Shown here: in pieces, positions 19,553 to 29,569 of the stretch
Numbering within the stretch: position 1 is the first letter of the stretch
How the letters are laid out: the number at the start of each line of letters is the position of its first letter
The notes under the pieces: generated by a model
What the model was told of the DNA's origin: nothing
Database searches by the model: none
Seen by the model: only the letters and a program-made list of their open reading frames with translations
IMG/VR virus record: IMGVR_UViG_3300043406_000131
Coordinates: 3,872 to 67,871 of that record
Direction: 5' to 3' (one strand)
DNA length: 64,000 bases
Origin: a virus
Taxonomy: Duplodnaviria; Caudoviricetes
Program-made: the position numbers and the translations under genes

Positions 19553-20818
19553 ATGGCTCAGACTCCTGCTCTCAAGTACAAGGACGCGGAAGGCTCGATC
19601 AGCTACACCGCCGTGTCCGCCGTCAATGCCGGTGACGTCATTCTCATCGGCACCGTCCCGTGCATCGCGCCGCTGGCCATCGCGGCGGGGGCCGTCGGGA
19701 CTGTCTGCTCGAACGGCCAGTGGAAGGTGCCGAAGCTCACCGGTGCCATCAGCGCCGGCGATGCGATCTATTGGGACGTGGACGGCACGCCCGTCTACTC
19801 CGGGGCGACCGCCCTTTCGGGTGCCTGCGGCGGCTCGTCGGCCGTCGGCAACCTCATGGGTTTCGCCGCCGCGGATGCCGCGTCTGGCGACACCTACACG
19901 TTCGTGGAACTCACCGCGGCCAAGCGGACCGCGACGATCGCGGGATCGATGACGGCCGATGACATCACCGGGTCCGATTCCTCGCTGTCGATCGCCGGGC
20001 TCGGCTCGACGACCGGCGGGGCCATCGCCATCGTCGGCGGAACTTCTTCGACCGGTGCCGTGGCTGGCGGGGCCGTGTCTGTCACCGGCGGTACCGGTGG
20101 CGCGGCCGGTGCCGGCGGTGCGGCGTCTCTCGTCGGTGGCATCCCGGCGAGCGGCAACGCGGCCGGTGGCACTCTGACGGCGAGCGGTGGCGCGGGCTCG
20201 GGCACCGGTGCTGGCGGGGCCGTCACGACCCGGGGCGGAGCGTCCGGGGCCGGGGCAACTGGCAACGGCGGGGCCTGGTCCGGCGGCGGCGGTGCGGCCC
20301 TCAGCGTGGCCGGCAACGGCGGGGCCGCGACTCTCAGCGGCGGCGTCTCGACGACGACCGGCACCGGTGGCGCTCTCACGCTGATCTCCGGTGCGTCGGT
20401 CGGGGCTTCCGGCACGGCCGGGGCAGTGACGCTCGACGCCGGGGCCGCGGCTGGTGGCACCGGGGCACCGGTCGAGATCGGGCCGACCAACGCGACTGGC
20501 ACGAAGATCGGCACGGCCGGCTCGGAGCGGGCCCTGATCAAGGGGATCAACGTCTCGGGCACCGTCGCCGTCGCGGTCCCGTCGATCACCGATCCGGACT
20601 GCGCGAAGGTGGACGTGGACATTTCGGCGATGACCTTCGCCGCGGCCGTCGGCGACGCGGTGGTCGCGATTCCGCTGGAAGCGCTCCCCACCAACTGCCG
20701 GCTGGGCGGGGCGTGGGTCAGCGCCACGGATCAGGTCACGATCACGTTCAGTAGCGAGGGCGGCAACGTGACTGGCGCGGCCAAGAACTTCAAGTTCCTG
20801 ATCGTGGACCTCACGTAA
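19553..20818 (+). CDS. DUF2190-like capsid cement domain fused to Gly-rich repeats (putative head fibre)
   Basis: YTAVSAVNAGDVILIG...AIAAGAVGTVCSNGQWKVPK...ISAGDAIYWD N-terminus; GGxxxxxGG repeats. Confidence 0.75.
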   Translation: MAQTPALKYKDAEGSISYTAVSAVNAGDVILIGTVPCIAPLAIAAGAVGTVCSNGQWKVPKLTGAISAGDAIYWDVDGTPVYSGATALSGACGGSSAVGNLMGFAAADAASGDTYTFVELTAAKRTATIAGSMTADDITGSDSSLSIAGLGSTTGGAIAIVGGTSSTGAVAGGAVSVTGGTGGAAGAGGAASLVGGIPASGNAAGGTLTASGGAGSGTGAGGAVTTRGGASGAGATGNGGAWSGGGGAALSVAGNGGAATLSGGVSTTTGTGGALTLISGASVGASGTAGAVTLDAGAAAGGTGAPVEIGPTNATGTKIGTAGSERALIKGINVSGTVAVAVPSITDPDCAKVDVDISAMTFAAAVGDAVVAIPLEALPTNCRLGGAWVSATDQVTITFSSEGGNVTGAAKNFKFLIVDLT

Positions 20819-20847
20819 TCCTGCCTGATCTCTCAAGCAACAACCAC

Positions 20848-20885
20848 ATCTCGGGTCTGGTGAATCAACCGGCCCGAGATTTCTT
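20848..20885 (+). terminator. Intrinsic terminator-like hairpin
   Basis: ATCTCGGG...CCCGAGAT followed by TTCTT. Confidence 0.45.
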
Positions 20886-20929
20886 CCAAATAGATTCGGT
20901 TTCTCAATCGCCGTCGCGGGGGTCTACCA

Positions 20930-21550
20930 ATGCCGACAGGAACGAAAACCGTCACGGTTTCAACGTCCGGGCAGACCTACCTCGGGGCGCAAGACACGAT
21001 CACCAACGACGCGAAAGCTGTCATCGGGCCGTCATCCATTGCTGCCGCCAAGGTCGGGACGCTGAGCACGCGAACCGACAACAACACCGGCATCCTCACG
21101 ATGACCACCGGCCACGGGTTCACCGATGGTCAACGGCTTGATGTCTACTGGTCAGGTGGGTGCAGGCGTGGGATGGTCATCGGGACCGTCAGCACCAACA
21201 GCGTGCCGATCGATCTCGGTGCCGGTGACAACCTGCCGATCGCCACGACGGCCGTGACGGCGATCGTCCCGAACATGGAAACGTGTTCGTTCGCCGGGGC
21301 CAACGTCACGTTCGCGATGTTCTCGACCCGCAGTCCGTACCGGGCGCAGGTCGTGTTCGCTCAGTCGGACGATACCGAGGTCGCCTACGGGATCCTGTCG
21401 GCCGGTGCGAACGGTGATGTGTGGTCGTGGACGAGTTCGGATGGGACGACCACGCCATTCGCGAGCCAGACAGTTGCGAGGGTGTATTTCTCGCACGAGT
21501 ACAGCGGCGCGGCGGAAACGAGTCTGATCGCGGAAGTGCTTTACAGTTGA
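20930..21550 (+). CDS. Virion structural protein (beta-rich, unknown)
   Basis: Thr/Gly-rich ORF in the head-tail module. Confidence 0.7.
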   Translation: MPTGTKTVTVSTSGQTYLGAQDTITNDAKAVIGPSSIAAAKVGTLSTRTDNNTGILTMTTGHGFTDGQRLDVYWSGGCRRGMVIGTVSTNSVPIDLGAGDNLPIATTAVTAIVPNMETCSFAGANVTFAMFSTRSPYRAQVVFAQSDDTEVAYGILSAGANGDVWSWTSSDGTTTPFASQTVARVYFSHEYSGAAETSLIAEVLYS

Positions 21551-21598
21551 GCCGCTTGATTCCCCCACCGCCTGCACCGTGGGGAGTAGGGGGCCGCC

Positions 21599-21985
21599 GT
21601 GGCAGACATGATCGGAACTGCTGCTGCGTGGATCGCCGAACAGATGCGCGGCGACGGCGATGAGGTGGAAGGCAATGTGTGCCGTTCCATCACGTACACG
21701 ACAGCGGCCGGGTCGGTGACGCTGTCGGCAACGCTCGGGAAGACGGACGCGGAAACGACGGAGTGGAGTGGGAAGATTCGGGCGGAGCATTCGGATCGGG
21801 ATTATCTGGTGACCGCTGCCCACCTTGTGATTGCGGCGGCGACTGTGACTCCGAAGGTTGGCGACAAGATCACGGACGGGACCGAGACCTACACCGTGAA
21901 TCCGCCGGCAGCAGGAGAGCCGCCGTTCGTTGCAGGGTATGCGGGGATCACGCTGAGGATCCACACGAAGAAGACGGGCGGTTGA
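21599..21985 (+). CDS. Head-tail joining protein (gpFII-like)
   Basis: Position; TPKVGDKITDG...YTV motif. Confidence 0.7.
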   Translation: MADMIGTAAAWIAEQMRGDGDEVEGNVCRSITYTTAAGSVTLSATLGKTDAETTEWSGKIRAEHSDRDYLVTAAHLVIAAATVTPKVGDKITDGTETYTVNPPAAGEPPFVAGYAGITLRIHTKKTGG

Positions 21986-21986
21986 G

Positions 21987-22481
21987 ATGGCTGACACACG
22001 ACTCGGGACCATCGCCGACGGTGTCACAGCCTGGCTGAATCACCCGGATCGTGCGTGGGGGTTGGTGTTCACGGCGGCGGTGGAATGGAACCCGGTTGAA
22101 CGGCTGGATGATCTGGCGGCCGGACTGATCGTTGAGGTCGTCCCGGACCATCCGATTGAGGCCGACGAGCCCGGCGAGAACTCGACCCGCGGGATGGAAA
22201 CGCAGCAGTTTGCGTTAACGATCGGGGTCAGGCAACGATACGACACGGCGACATCAACGGGGGCTGTGCCCCGTGCATGGATCGAGGCTCGGGCGCTGAT
22301 CGGCGAGCGGATCCTGAATGAGCTTGGCGACGTTGAGTTGAGCGGCCAGCCGGATGGCGTGACGGTCAAGGTGGAGTCGGTGTCACTCGACGGGATGCTC
22401 GTGGATTCGCCGACGCTGTACGAGTCGCGGACGGTGGTGACGATCATCGACATCGTGTGTCTGGAGCAGAGGGAACGGTAG
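21987..22481 (+). CDS. Tail terminator/completion protein
   Basis: Position and size. Confidence 0.55.
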   Translation: MADTRLGTIADGVTAWLNHPDRAWGLVFTAAVEWNPVERLDDLAAGLIVEVVPDHPIEADEPGENSTRGMETQQFALTIGVRQRYDTATSTGAVPRAWIEARALIGERILNELGDVELSGQPDGVTVKVESVSLDGMLVDSPTLYESRTVVTIIDIVCLEQRER

Positions 22482-22574
22482 GGCTCGGGTTGGAGCAGTG
22501 GGAGCTCGCCGGCTTCATATGCCGGAGGACGAATGTTCGATTCATTCACCCGGGATTGGCAATAGGTGGGAAGC

Positions 22575-22964
22575 ATGGCCACGAACGTGAAAAACTCATT
22601 CGGCAGGGTCAAGAAGGCCGCCAAAAAGGCGGAGTTCAAGAACTTGGGCCACGCGGGCGCCACGATCCGCAGGATCGCGTCGCGGTCGATCAGGATGGGG
22701 AAGAAGCCGAGCGCCAGCGGCACCCCACCCAGGACGCGCAAGGGCGCGTTGCGGAAGTCGATCCTGTACGCGGTGGACGAGAGCAAGGGATCGGTGATCG
22801 TCGGGCCGTCCGCGGATCTGGTCGGCCCCGTTGGTGGGACGCACGAGCGGGGCGGGCCGTTCCGCGGGGGAAGGTATCCGGCCCGGCCGTTCATGGTGCC
22901 GGCGTTGGAGAAAGTGATCCCGCAGATCCCGGAGATGTGGCGGGATTCGATCAGGGAAAACTGA
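22575..22964 (+). CDS. Tail completion protein (HK97 gp10-like)
   Basis: PPRTRKGALRKSI...YPARPFMVPALE. Confidence 0.75.
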   Translation: MATNVKNSFGRVKKAAKKAEFKNLGHAGATIRRIASRSIRMGKKPSASGTPPRTRKGALRKSILYAVDESKGSVIVGPSADLVGPVGGTHERGGPFRGGRYPARPFMVPALEKVIPQIPEMWRDSIREN

Positions 22965-23020
22965 CGGTAAACAACTGACCCTGAAGCAGCGGGGACAGGA
23001 CTCAATAGGAGGGGATTTCC

Positions 23021-23464
23021 ATGGCCTCGGTCGTCATCAAACTCGGCAAGGACGCGGTAATCCTCCGCAATACGAACACCTACGCGTCCCCCTCGTGGAC
23101 GGCCATCACCAACGTCACGGACGTCACGCTCACGATGGAGAAATCCGAGGAAGACGTCAGCACCCGCGGTTCTGGCGGTTGGGATCTGTCGGTGTTCCCG
23201 AGCAAGTCCGCCTCGGTCGAATTCCAGATGAACCACGACCCGGCCGACACGGATTGGATCGCTCTCCACGCGTCGTTCATCAGCGACACCGCGATTGAAC
23301 TGCTGGTGCTTAACGGCCCGAACTCGACCGGGTCGCAGGGTCTGCGGGCGACCATGCAGGTCGGCAAATTCAACAAGGGCCAGCCGCTGAAGGGGGCGCA
23401 GCGGGACGACGTGATGGCCAAGCCGACGGTGTCGGCGAATGCGCCGGCGTGGGTCACGATCTGA
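23021..23464 (+). CDS. Major tail tube protein
   Basis: DVTLTMEKSEEDVSTRGSGGW...ASVEFQM. Confidence 0.8.
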   Translation: MASVVIKLGKDAVILRNTNTYASPSWTAITNVTDVTLTMEKSEEDVSTRGSGGWDLSVFPSKSASVEFQMNHDPADTDWIALHASFISDTAIELLVLNGPNSTGSQGLRATMQVGKFNKGQPLKGAQRDDVMAKPTVSANAPAWVTI

Positions 23465-23512
23465 TCCTGATCCAGTTCGGACAGGACCAATGGCGGAAGC
23501 GGGGGAATCACC

Positions 23513-24028
23513 ATGGCAGCGCCGGCAGGACAGTCCCGAATCGAATCAGACTTGTTCGTCGCGGGCACGCTGACGGCTCGTTCGTTCTCCCCGCCTGCCC
23601 TCTCCGTCGGCAATGCTGCGGTCGCGTCTGCGGCGGCCGGGGCCGGCATCAGCGATCTGAAGTTGGAGCACCAACACCACTTCGCCTACGCTCAAGCCAA
23701 CACGACGGCTGTCACCATCACGATCCCGGTCAAGGCGGTCTATGGGACCGTCGGGGCGCTGATCTCGCTGAAGGCTGGGACCATCGTGGCGTGTATCGGC
23801 GCCGCGACCATCACCGTGGACCTGAAGAAAAACGGGACCACGATGTTGACGGCACCAATCACGCTGAACAGCAGCAACACGGCACGAGTGATGGCGGCGG
23901 CAACGATCTCGGTGACGGCAATGGCGGCCGGTGATTTCTTGGAGTTGGTCATCACGGCCACGGCAGGCGGTGGGACGATTGGCACGGGGTTACTGGTGCA
24001 AGGTGTGGTGACGGAAAACGCTCTTTGA
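23513..24028 (+). CDS. Virion structural protein (unknown)
   Basis: Small-residue-rich beta protein in the tail module. Confidence 0.65.
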   Translation: MAAPAGQSRIESDLFVAGTLTARSFSPPALSVGNAAVASAAAGAGISDLKLEHQHHFAYAQANTTAVTITIPVKAVYGTVGALISLKAGTIVACIGAATITVDLKKNGTTMLTAPITLNSSNTARVMAAATISVTAMAAGDFLELVITATAGGGTIGTGLLVQGVVTENAL

Positions 24029-24089
24029 TCTGACGGGATCGGCTGGCGGTTCGTGTCTCGCTCATTCTCGCGTTCGGAGATCCATCGCT

Positions 24090-24578
24090 GTGGCATCGTT
24101 TAAAGATAACCGCGGGGACTCGTGGGAAGTCCTCATCACCGTCGCCACCGTGCTCGACGTCAAGTCGAAACTCGGCTACGACCTCGCTTCGATCGCCGAC
24201 AACGAAGATCCGTCCGCTGACTTTGCCAAGCTCACCAAGAACATGGGCATGTTCGTGGACGTGTTGTCGGTGGTCTGCGAGGAGCAGGCGATCGCCCGCG
24301 GGCTCGACGGCCGCGGGATCGCCAAGCGGTGGGATCTCAACGTGTTCAAGCTGGCGGTTGACGCGTTCCAAGAGGCCTACGTCGATTTTTTCCTGAATCC
24401 CCAGCAGCAGAAGAAGGCTCGGGCACTGCTGGGGCAGCGGGCGGCGATGACGGAAAAGAAGTTGGCGGCGGAAGGGGAAAAGGCACTGCGGAAGCTGGAG
24501 GAACTGACGGTAAGCGAGACCGAGACCGAGAGCGCCCCGGAGTCCTCCGTCTCTGCTTCGAACTCGCCGGGATCGTAG
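24090..24578 (+). CDS. Tail assembly chaperone
   Basis: Between tail tube and tape measure; FKDNRGDSWEV...YVDFF. Confidence 0.75.
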   Translation: MASFKDNRGDSWEVLITVATVLDVKSKLGYDLASIADNEDPSADFAKLTKNMGMFVDVLSVVCEEQAIARGLDGRGIAKRWDLNVFKLAVDAFQEAYVDFFLNPQQQKKARALLGQRAAMTEKKLAAEGEKALRKLEELTVSETETESAPESSVSASNSPGS

Positions 24579-24871
24579 GGGTTGACCCCCGGCCGCATAC
24601 GCTCCGTCACCTGCTGTGGATGGCTGATGCGGCGGAGCGGGGCAGGTGGGACAAGTTGTCGTCGTTGATGGCGCTGACCGTGAATTGCGTCCCACGGGGC
24701 AAGGACGATACGAGACCGCCGGCGACCGCGGCAGAGTACAACCCGTTCTCACCGGAGAACCAGGAGCGTGGGAAGCAGGCGGCGATGTCAGCCGAACCGA
24801 CACCAGAAGAGATTGCGTTGAACTGGAACGCGTTCAAGACGATTGTCACAACAGGGAGGTTTGCACCGTAA
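24386..24871 (+). CDS. Frameshifted tail chaperone extension (-1 frame; ORF track calls 24620..24871)
   Basis: -1 frame open from 24362 to 24871; TTTTTTC heptamer at 24386-24392; FELAGIVGVDPRPHTLRHLLWMA lies upstream of the first ATG. Confidence 0.6.
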   Translation, partial: FFPESPAAEEGSGTAGAAGGDDGKEVGGGRGKGTAEAGGTDGKRDRDRERPGVLRLCFELAGIVGVDPRPHTLRHLLWMADAAERGRWDKLSSLMALTVNCVPRGKDDTRPPATAAEYNPFSPENQERGKQAAMSAEPTPEEIALNWNAFKTIVTTGRFAP

Positions 24872-24874
24872 CTG

Positions 24875-26746
24875 ATGGCCGCACCTTCTTCCAGTTCGAT
24901 TCGCGCGGGCGGCGCGTTCGTAGAGTTGTGGGTGAAATCCAACATGTTCACCCGCGGACTCGACGCGGCCGCCGCACGCCTCAACCGGTTCGGCTCGGCG
25001 ATGCGCGGGTTCGGGCTGCGGACCGCGGCCATGGGCGGGATCATCCTGGCACCGTTCATTGCGGCGGCCAAGGCGTTTGTCGATTACGCATCTGAAGTTG
25101 TTGATGCGTCGGACCGGCTGGGCACGACGACTGACGATCTCACGTCTCTCAAATTCGCCGCGGAGCAGTCGGGCGCGTCGTTCGAAACGCTCACCAAGGC
25201 GCTCGGCAAATTCAACCTCACGATGGCCGGCGCGAAGTCGGGCAGCAAGGGGACGCTTGACGCATTCAAGAAACTTGGCCTCACCGTTGAAGACCTCGAC
25301 GGCAAGTCATTCTCCGAGCAACTGGAGTTGATCGCTGGCGGATTTGAGGACGTCGATGACCGGGCCGAAAAAGCGGCGATCGCCAATCAACTGTTTGGCA
25401 AGGCCGGGCGGGATCTCATCCCACTGTTGAACGAGGGGGCCGAAGGTCTCCAGAAGTTCCGGGAAGAGGCCGAAGCGGCCGGGCTGGTGCTGGGTGATGA
25501 TGGGGCGCGAAAGGCCGAAGCGTTCGGCGATTCGTTGGCCAAACTGCAAGCCGTCGCGCACATGGCGTTCATCAATTTCGGTTCGGCCATCCTGCCGGTG
25601 ATCGAGTCACTTTCCAGGTGGATGCAGCAGATCAACCGTGGCGCGGTCGCCGTCAGCGGATTCATCGCGGCGAACCGTGGGATTATCATCGCTGGGGCGC
25701 AGGTCATCGGGGTCATGATCGGCCTGTCTCTCGCCGTGGTCGCGCTTTCCTACGTATTCTCCGGGCTCGCCGCGATCCTCGGTGTGGTCAAGATCGCGTT
25801 CGTCGCGCTTGGAGCGGTGATCGGGTTTCTGACCACGCCGCTCGGGTTAGTGGTCGGGGTGCTAGCGACTCTGGCCGTTCTGTGGCTGACGCTCACCGAG
25901 GAGGGGCGGACGTTCGCGAATTCGGTGGCAACAGCCTGCGAGGAAATGGCTGCCCGCGTGATGACCTCGTGGGGAGGAATCAAGGACGCAATGGGGGCGG
26001 CCAGCCCGTTGCTCGCCGCGACGATCGCCTTCCACACGTTCAAAGGCGAAGCACTGCGGGTGATGAAGCAGTTGCAGTTGGCGTGGACGGACATGGTGGA
26101 TTTCTTTGGGGACGGGTTTGATAGCGCCGCCAATTTGATGACGCACGGCTGGAACGCGTTCGGCGATTTCTTCATGGATCTCGGCCGTGACATGACGCTG
26201 GCCGTGGTCAATATGTTTCTCGACGCGTTCAAGGTTATTTTCGACGCCAGCAAGCCGCTCCGAAAGGTGCTGGAAAAGGCCGGGGTCACGATTGAGGATC
26301 CGACCTCGATCAAGGACCGGATCACCAGCGCGATGACTGAGGACAAAAAGAAGACCGAAGCCGAGCGGATGAAACGCGACCGCGGGATTGACGACGTCCA
26401 CACCGCGGCGAAGGCGGCGCGAGAGGCGGCCCGCGGGGCGATCGCTGATTCGTGGGATGAGGATATCGCGGCCGTTGACGAGAAGGTTCGGGAGTTGATC
26501 GCGAAGGCGGCGGAAGACAAGGCGGCGTTCGACGCGGACAAGGGGCCGGAAAAGAAAAAGAAGAAGATCAAGGACGGGCTGGATTTGGCGGCCAGCGCCA
26601 AGGGCACGTTCAGCGGGGCGGCCCTCGGTCAGTCGCTGGGGGCGTCGGACAAACTCAGTCAGAAACTGCTCGACAGCAACAAGGCCCAGGAGGATCTGCT
26701 GAAGGAGATCCGGGACAAACTCGACGATGGGGGGCTCGAAGCGTGA
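24875..26746 (+). CDS. Tail tape measure protein
   Basis: IRAGGAFVEL N-terminus, long Ala-rich helices, hydrophobic mid-segment. Confidence 0.9.
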   Translation: MAAPSSSSIRAGGAFVELWVKSNMFTRGLDAAAARLNRFGSAMRGFGLRTAAMGGIILAPFIAAAKAFVDYASEVVDASDRLGTTTDDLTSLKFAAEQSGASFETLTKALGKFNLTMAGAKSGSKGTLDAFKKLGLTVEDLDGKSFSEQLELIAGGFEDVDDRAEKAAIANQLFGKAGRDLIPLLNEGAEGLQKFREEAEAAGLVLGDDGARKAEAFGDSLAKLQAVAHMAFINFGSAILPVIESLSRWMQQINRGAVAVSGFIAANRGIIIAGAQVIGVMIGLSLAVVALSYVFSGLAAILGVVKIAFVALGAVIGFLTTPLGLVVGVLATLAVLWLTLTEEGRTFANSVATACEEMAARVMTSWGGIKDAMGAASPLLAATIAFHTFKGEALRVMKQLQLAWTDMVDFFGDGFDSAANLMTHGWNAFGDFFMDLGRDMTLAVVNMFLDAFKVIFDASKPLRKVLEKAGVTIEDPTSIKDRITSAMTEDKKKTEAERMKRDRGIDDVHTAAKAAREAARGAIADSWDEDIAAVDEKVRELIAKAAEDKAAFDADKGPEKKKKKIKDGLDLAASAKGTFSGAALGQSLGASDKLSQKLLDSNKAQEDLLKEIRDKLDDGGLEA

Positions 26747-27615
26747 GCATCAACATCATCGAACACGTCGAGTCCCGCAGGGTCACGATGGGCAAAGACC
26801 CCAAGGCCACGCTCAGCTATCGGATGTGGGGGAGCGAGGACGACAGCGAGGCGTGGACGGAACTCCGGCTCACGGCGCCCATCACGTTCGAGGGGCTGTG
26901 GCGGATGTCGGCGGACGTCACGCCGAAGAGTGCCGGCTTCTACATCGGCACGGTCGAATACGGTCTGGGCGAGCGGCAAAGCGATAAGGATCCGAGCCAA
27001 GGTGGGACGGGGAGCGCCCAGAGCGAGGACAGCAACGTCGCGCAGGACTCAGATCAACTGCCGTACGAAATCTCGTTCGACGCGACCGGTCAAACTCAAC
27101 ACGTCCTGTACTCGCTCGCGACCGTGGATAGCGCCCAACGGACCATTGACACCCGCGGCATCCCGGACTTCAAGCAATTGATTGGGGTCAGCAAGTCAGG
27201 CGTGGAGGGCTGCGATAAGGTCGTGCCGGGGTTCTCATGGACCGAGGTCTGGACGTTCCCGATCAACACGATGACGTGGAGTTACATCAAGCGGGTTCGG
27301 GATCTGACCGGGACCGTGAATAACAACACGTTCCGCACGTTCTCTGCGCGAGAGGTGCTGTTCGCTGGAGCGACCGGGGCGCATCAGGGGGTTGATAAGT
27401 ACCGGATCACTTACACCTTCCGAGCCGAGAAAAATCGGGATGCGTTCCGGCTGGATGCTGACTTCGACCCGGTTGACAAGAAGGGCTGGGAATACTTCTG
27501 GGTCAGCTATGAGGAGTCAGACGAGGACGACGCGATCACGCAAATCCCCAGGTGCGTTTACGTCGAGCGGATCTACGACGTTGAAAATTTCCTGCAACTC
27601 GGAATTGGGAGGTGA
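26743..27615 (+). CDS. Tail protein (distal tail/hub-like)
   Basis: Directly after tape measure, GTGA coupling. Confidence 0.65.
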   Translation: MSINIIEHVESRRVTMGKDPKATLSYRMWGSEDDSEAWTELRLTAPITFEGLWRMSADVTPKSAGFYIGTVEYGLGERQSDKDPSQGGTGSAQSEDSNVAQDSDQLPYEISFDATGQTQHVLYSLATVDSAQRTIDTRGIPDFKQLIGVSKSGVEGCDKVVPGFSWTEVWTFPINTMTWSYIKRVRDLTGTVNNNTFRTFSAREVLFAGATGAHQGVDKYRITYTFRAEKNRDAFRLDADFDPVDKKGWEYFWVSYEESDEDDAITQIPRCVYVERIYDVENFLQLGIGR

Positions 27616-27621
27616 CCAGCG

Positions 27622-28842
27622 ATGGGTGACTTCCAACGAGTGGCGGCAGGCGACAAGAAGCCGTTCAAATCGGCCCGGGTGGTGAACGCGATTCTCGATG
27701 TCGCTGAGGCGCACGCACGAGGTGGGGAGCAGGGATCGGCACCGTCGGCCAACGGGCCGGAAGACTCGATCACGGTGCTGGTGCGGAACGAGACGGCGGG
27801 TGATGTTCCGCGGTTCGGGATCCTCGAGATCACTGAACCGCTCATTCTCCCCACGGACTCGGAAGCCGACTTCAAGTCGCGACAGGCCTACGTCGGGTAT
27901 ACGCCGTCGGCGACGAGTGCCGTTATCGTCGTGATGCAAGAGGCGACGGGGACCGGGAAGATCGGGCGGGGGGTGGTGCTCGGGTCTACTGTCGTGAATT
28001 TGACGGTTGGTGATGCATCCCACACACACGCGGCACCGACGGCTGATACGGGGGAATTGACGACTGGAGTGAGCGGCCCGGCCTTGATCGCGTGGAAGGA
28101 AAGCGGGACTGGATCCGGAAAACTTGCGAAGGTCATTCTGCGTGGGCTGACTGGCGGCGAGCGACCGCCGGAGACGATCCTCCGCGGGTCCGGGAGCGAG
28201 GCGGAAGGCGGGACGACGTTCCTGACCGCGACAATCAGCCGCCTCAGCGCGGCCGACGGCACGCGGACGAGTGGCGGGGACTGCTGGCTGGTCGAGGCGA
28301 ACGGCGACGCGGTCGCTGAGGGCCGGCTTGTGGGCGGGGCTCGATACGTCGGGATGCGTGACGGCGTCCCGGTCTACGAAATCGGGTGTTGCTGCGAATG
28401 CGAGGTAGTGGTCGGAGATGAATGCCCCTGCCCGGATAACCAAGCTGACGGATGGTTCGCGTTCATCTCCGGCGTCGAGCAGGGGATCGGAGTTCCGGTC
28501 GGCGATTGCTGCGTCCTCGTCAACGGGTTCTGGGATCTGTGCGCGGTCCCGGAGGTCGCCGACTGCGCCTGGTGCGCGACTCACGGCGGGGCGTCGTGCG
28601 AGGGTGAAGGCAACGACACTATCACGATTTGCCTTCAGTGGTTCGCGGACGGATCGGAGGGGCCGGGGTGGTATCTCAGGATCGGCATCCTCGCTATCGG
28701 CTACGTGGACTATTTCTGTCCGGCCGCCGAATGGGTTTGCGACGGCCCGTCGAACACGCTGACGAAATTCGATCAAGCTGATGGATTCTATTGCGCGTTC
28801 TGGCCGGACACGATTACGGTCGGAACGCCCGCGACCTGCTAG
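27622..28842 (+). CDS. Tail protein with Cys-rich C-terminal domain
   Basis: GCCCECE...CPCP...DCC...; tail module position. Confidence 0.65.
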   Translation: MGDFQRVAAGDKKPFKSARVVNAILDVAEAHARGGEQGSAPSANGPEDSITVLVRNETAGDVPRFGILEITEPLILPTDSEADFKSRQAYVGYTPSATSAVIVVMQEATGTGKIGRGVVLGSTVVNLTVGDASHTHAAPTADTGELTTGVSGPALIAWKESGTGSGKLAKVILRGLTGGERPPETILRGSGSEAEGGTTFLTATISRLSAADGTRTSGGDCWLVEANGDAVAEGRLVGGARYVGMRDGVPVYEIGCCCECEVVVGDECPCPDNQADGWFAFISGVEQGIGVPVGDCCVLVNGFWDLCAVPEVADCAWCATHGGASCEGEGNDTITICLQWFADGSEGPGWYLRIGILAIGYVDYFCPAAEWVCDGPSNTLTKFDQADGFYCAFWPDTITVGTPATC

Positions 28843-28850
28843 GGGATGCG

Positions 28851-29423
28851 ATGGACGGAGAGCGGCGAAAATCCCAGAAGCCGGCACACACTGGCGATCA
28901 CAAAGACTATGTGGCCGGTGCCGCGTCTGGGTGCCCTGCTTGCAAATTGGTCGTCATCGCGCTGGAGATGCGGGAGAGCCTTGGGAAGCCGAAGTCGGCT
29001 CCCAGGATCGCGAATCGCGCGGGGCAGTGCGTGCACCTCGGCGAGCCGACCGGCCGCACCGTGGGCTGCGAAACCTGCACCGGGAATATCTCGCTCAAGG
29101 TTCTCGCGTGCGCCGTGCATGGCGAATGCACGGTCGGGAAGAGAGTTGACGGCGTCGCCTGCTGCTCGGACAGGAAGGCCGGCCGATGCCCGGACTTCGC
29201 GGCGGCTGAAACCCGGCTTGTCGGGAAAAGAACCAATCCTGAGCCGGCTCGGCCGCAAGAGGAGTGCCCGCATTTCGCTGCATTGACCGCCCATCGCAAA
29301 GTAGCCCTTGGATTGTCTCCGGGCAGGAACTACGGCATGTGCGCGATGGAGCATGGGAAAAATGGCGTCGTCTGCACCTGTGTGGAATGTAAGGGGTGCA
29401 AAGACCGGCCTGTCAATAGTTGA
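28851..29423 (+). CDS. Cys-rich protein, tail-associated position
   Basis: CVHLG...CETC...ACAVHGECT...CC...CP; CTCVECKGC. Confidence 0.65.
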   Translation: MDGERRKSQKPAHTGDHKDYVAGAASGCPACKLVVIALEMRESLGKPKSAPRIANRAGQCVHLGEPTGRTVGCETCTGNISLKVLACAVHGECTVGKRVDGVACCSDRKAGRCPDFAAAETRLVGKRTNPEPARPQEECPHFAALTAHRKVALGLSPGRNYGMCAMEHGKNGVVCTCVECKGCKDRPVNS

Positions 29424-29467
29424 GATGGTCAAATCATTTTGACCGGAAATAAAGGTATGGTTGACCC

Positions 29468-29569
29468 ATGAACCACCGACCTCCTTTATCCCGGTTCACA
29501 CAAATCGAAATCGGCTTCCTCGTGGCGGCCGGGATCGTCGGGATTCTGTTTCTGACCGGATTGATGTGA
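29468..29569 (+). CDS. 33-aa membrane peptide
   Basis: MNHRPPLSRFTQIEIGFLVAAGIVGILFLTGLM; single TM. Confidence 0.45.
   Translation: MNHRPPLSRFTQIEIGFLVAAGIVGILFLTGLM

Noticed and set aside
27622-29423. Diversity-generating retroelement acting on tail genes
   Set aside because: No reverse transcriptase and no template/variable repeat pair seen
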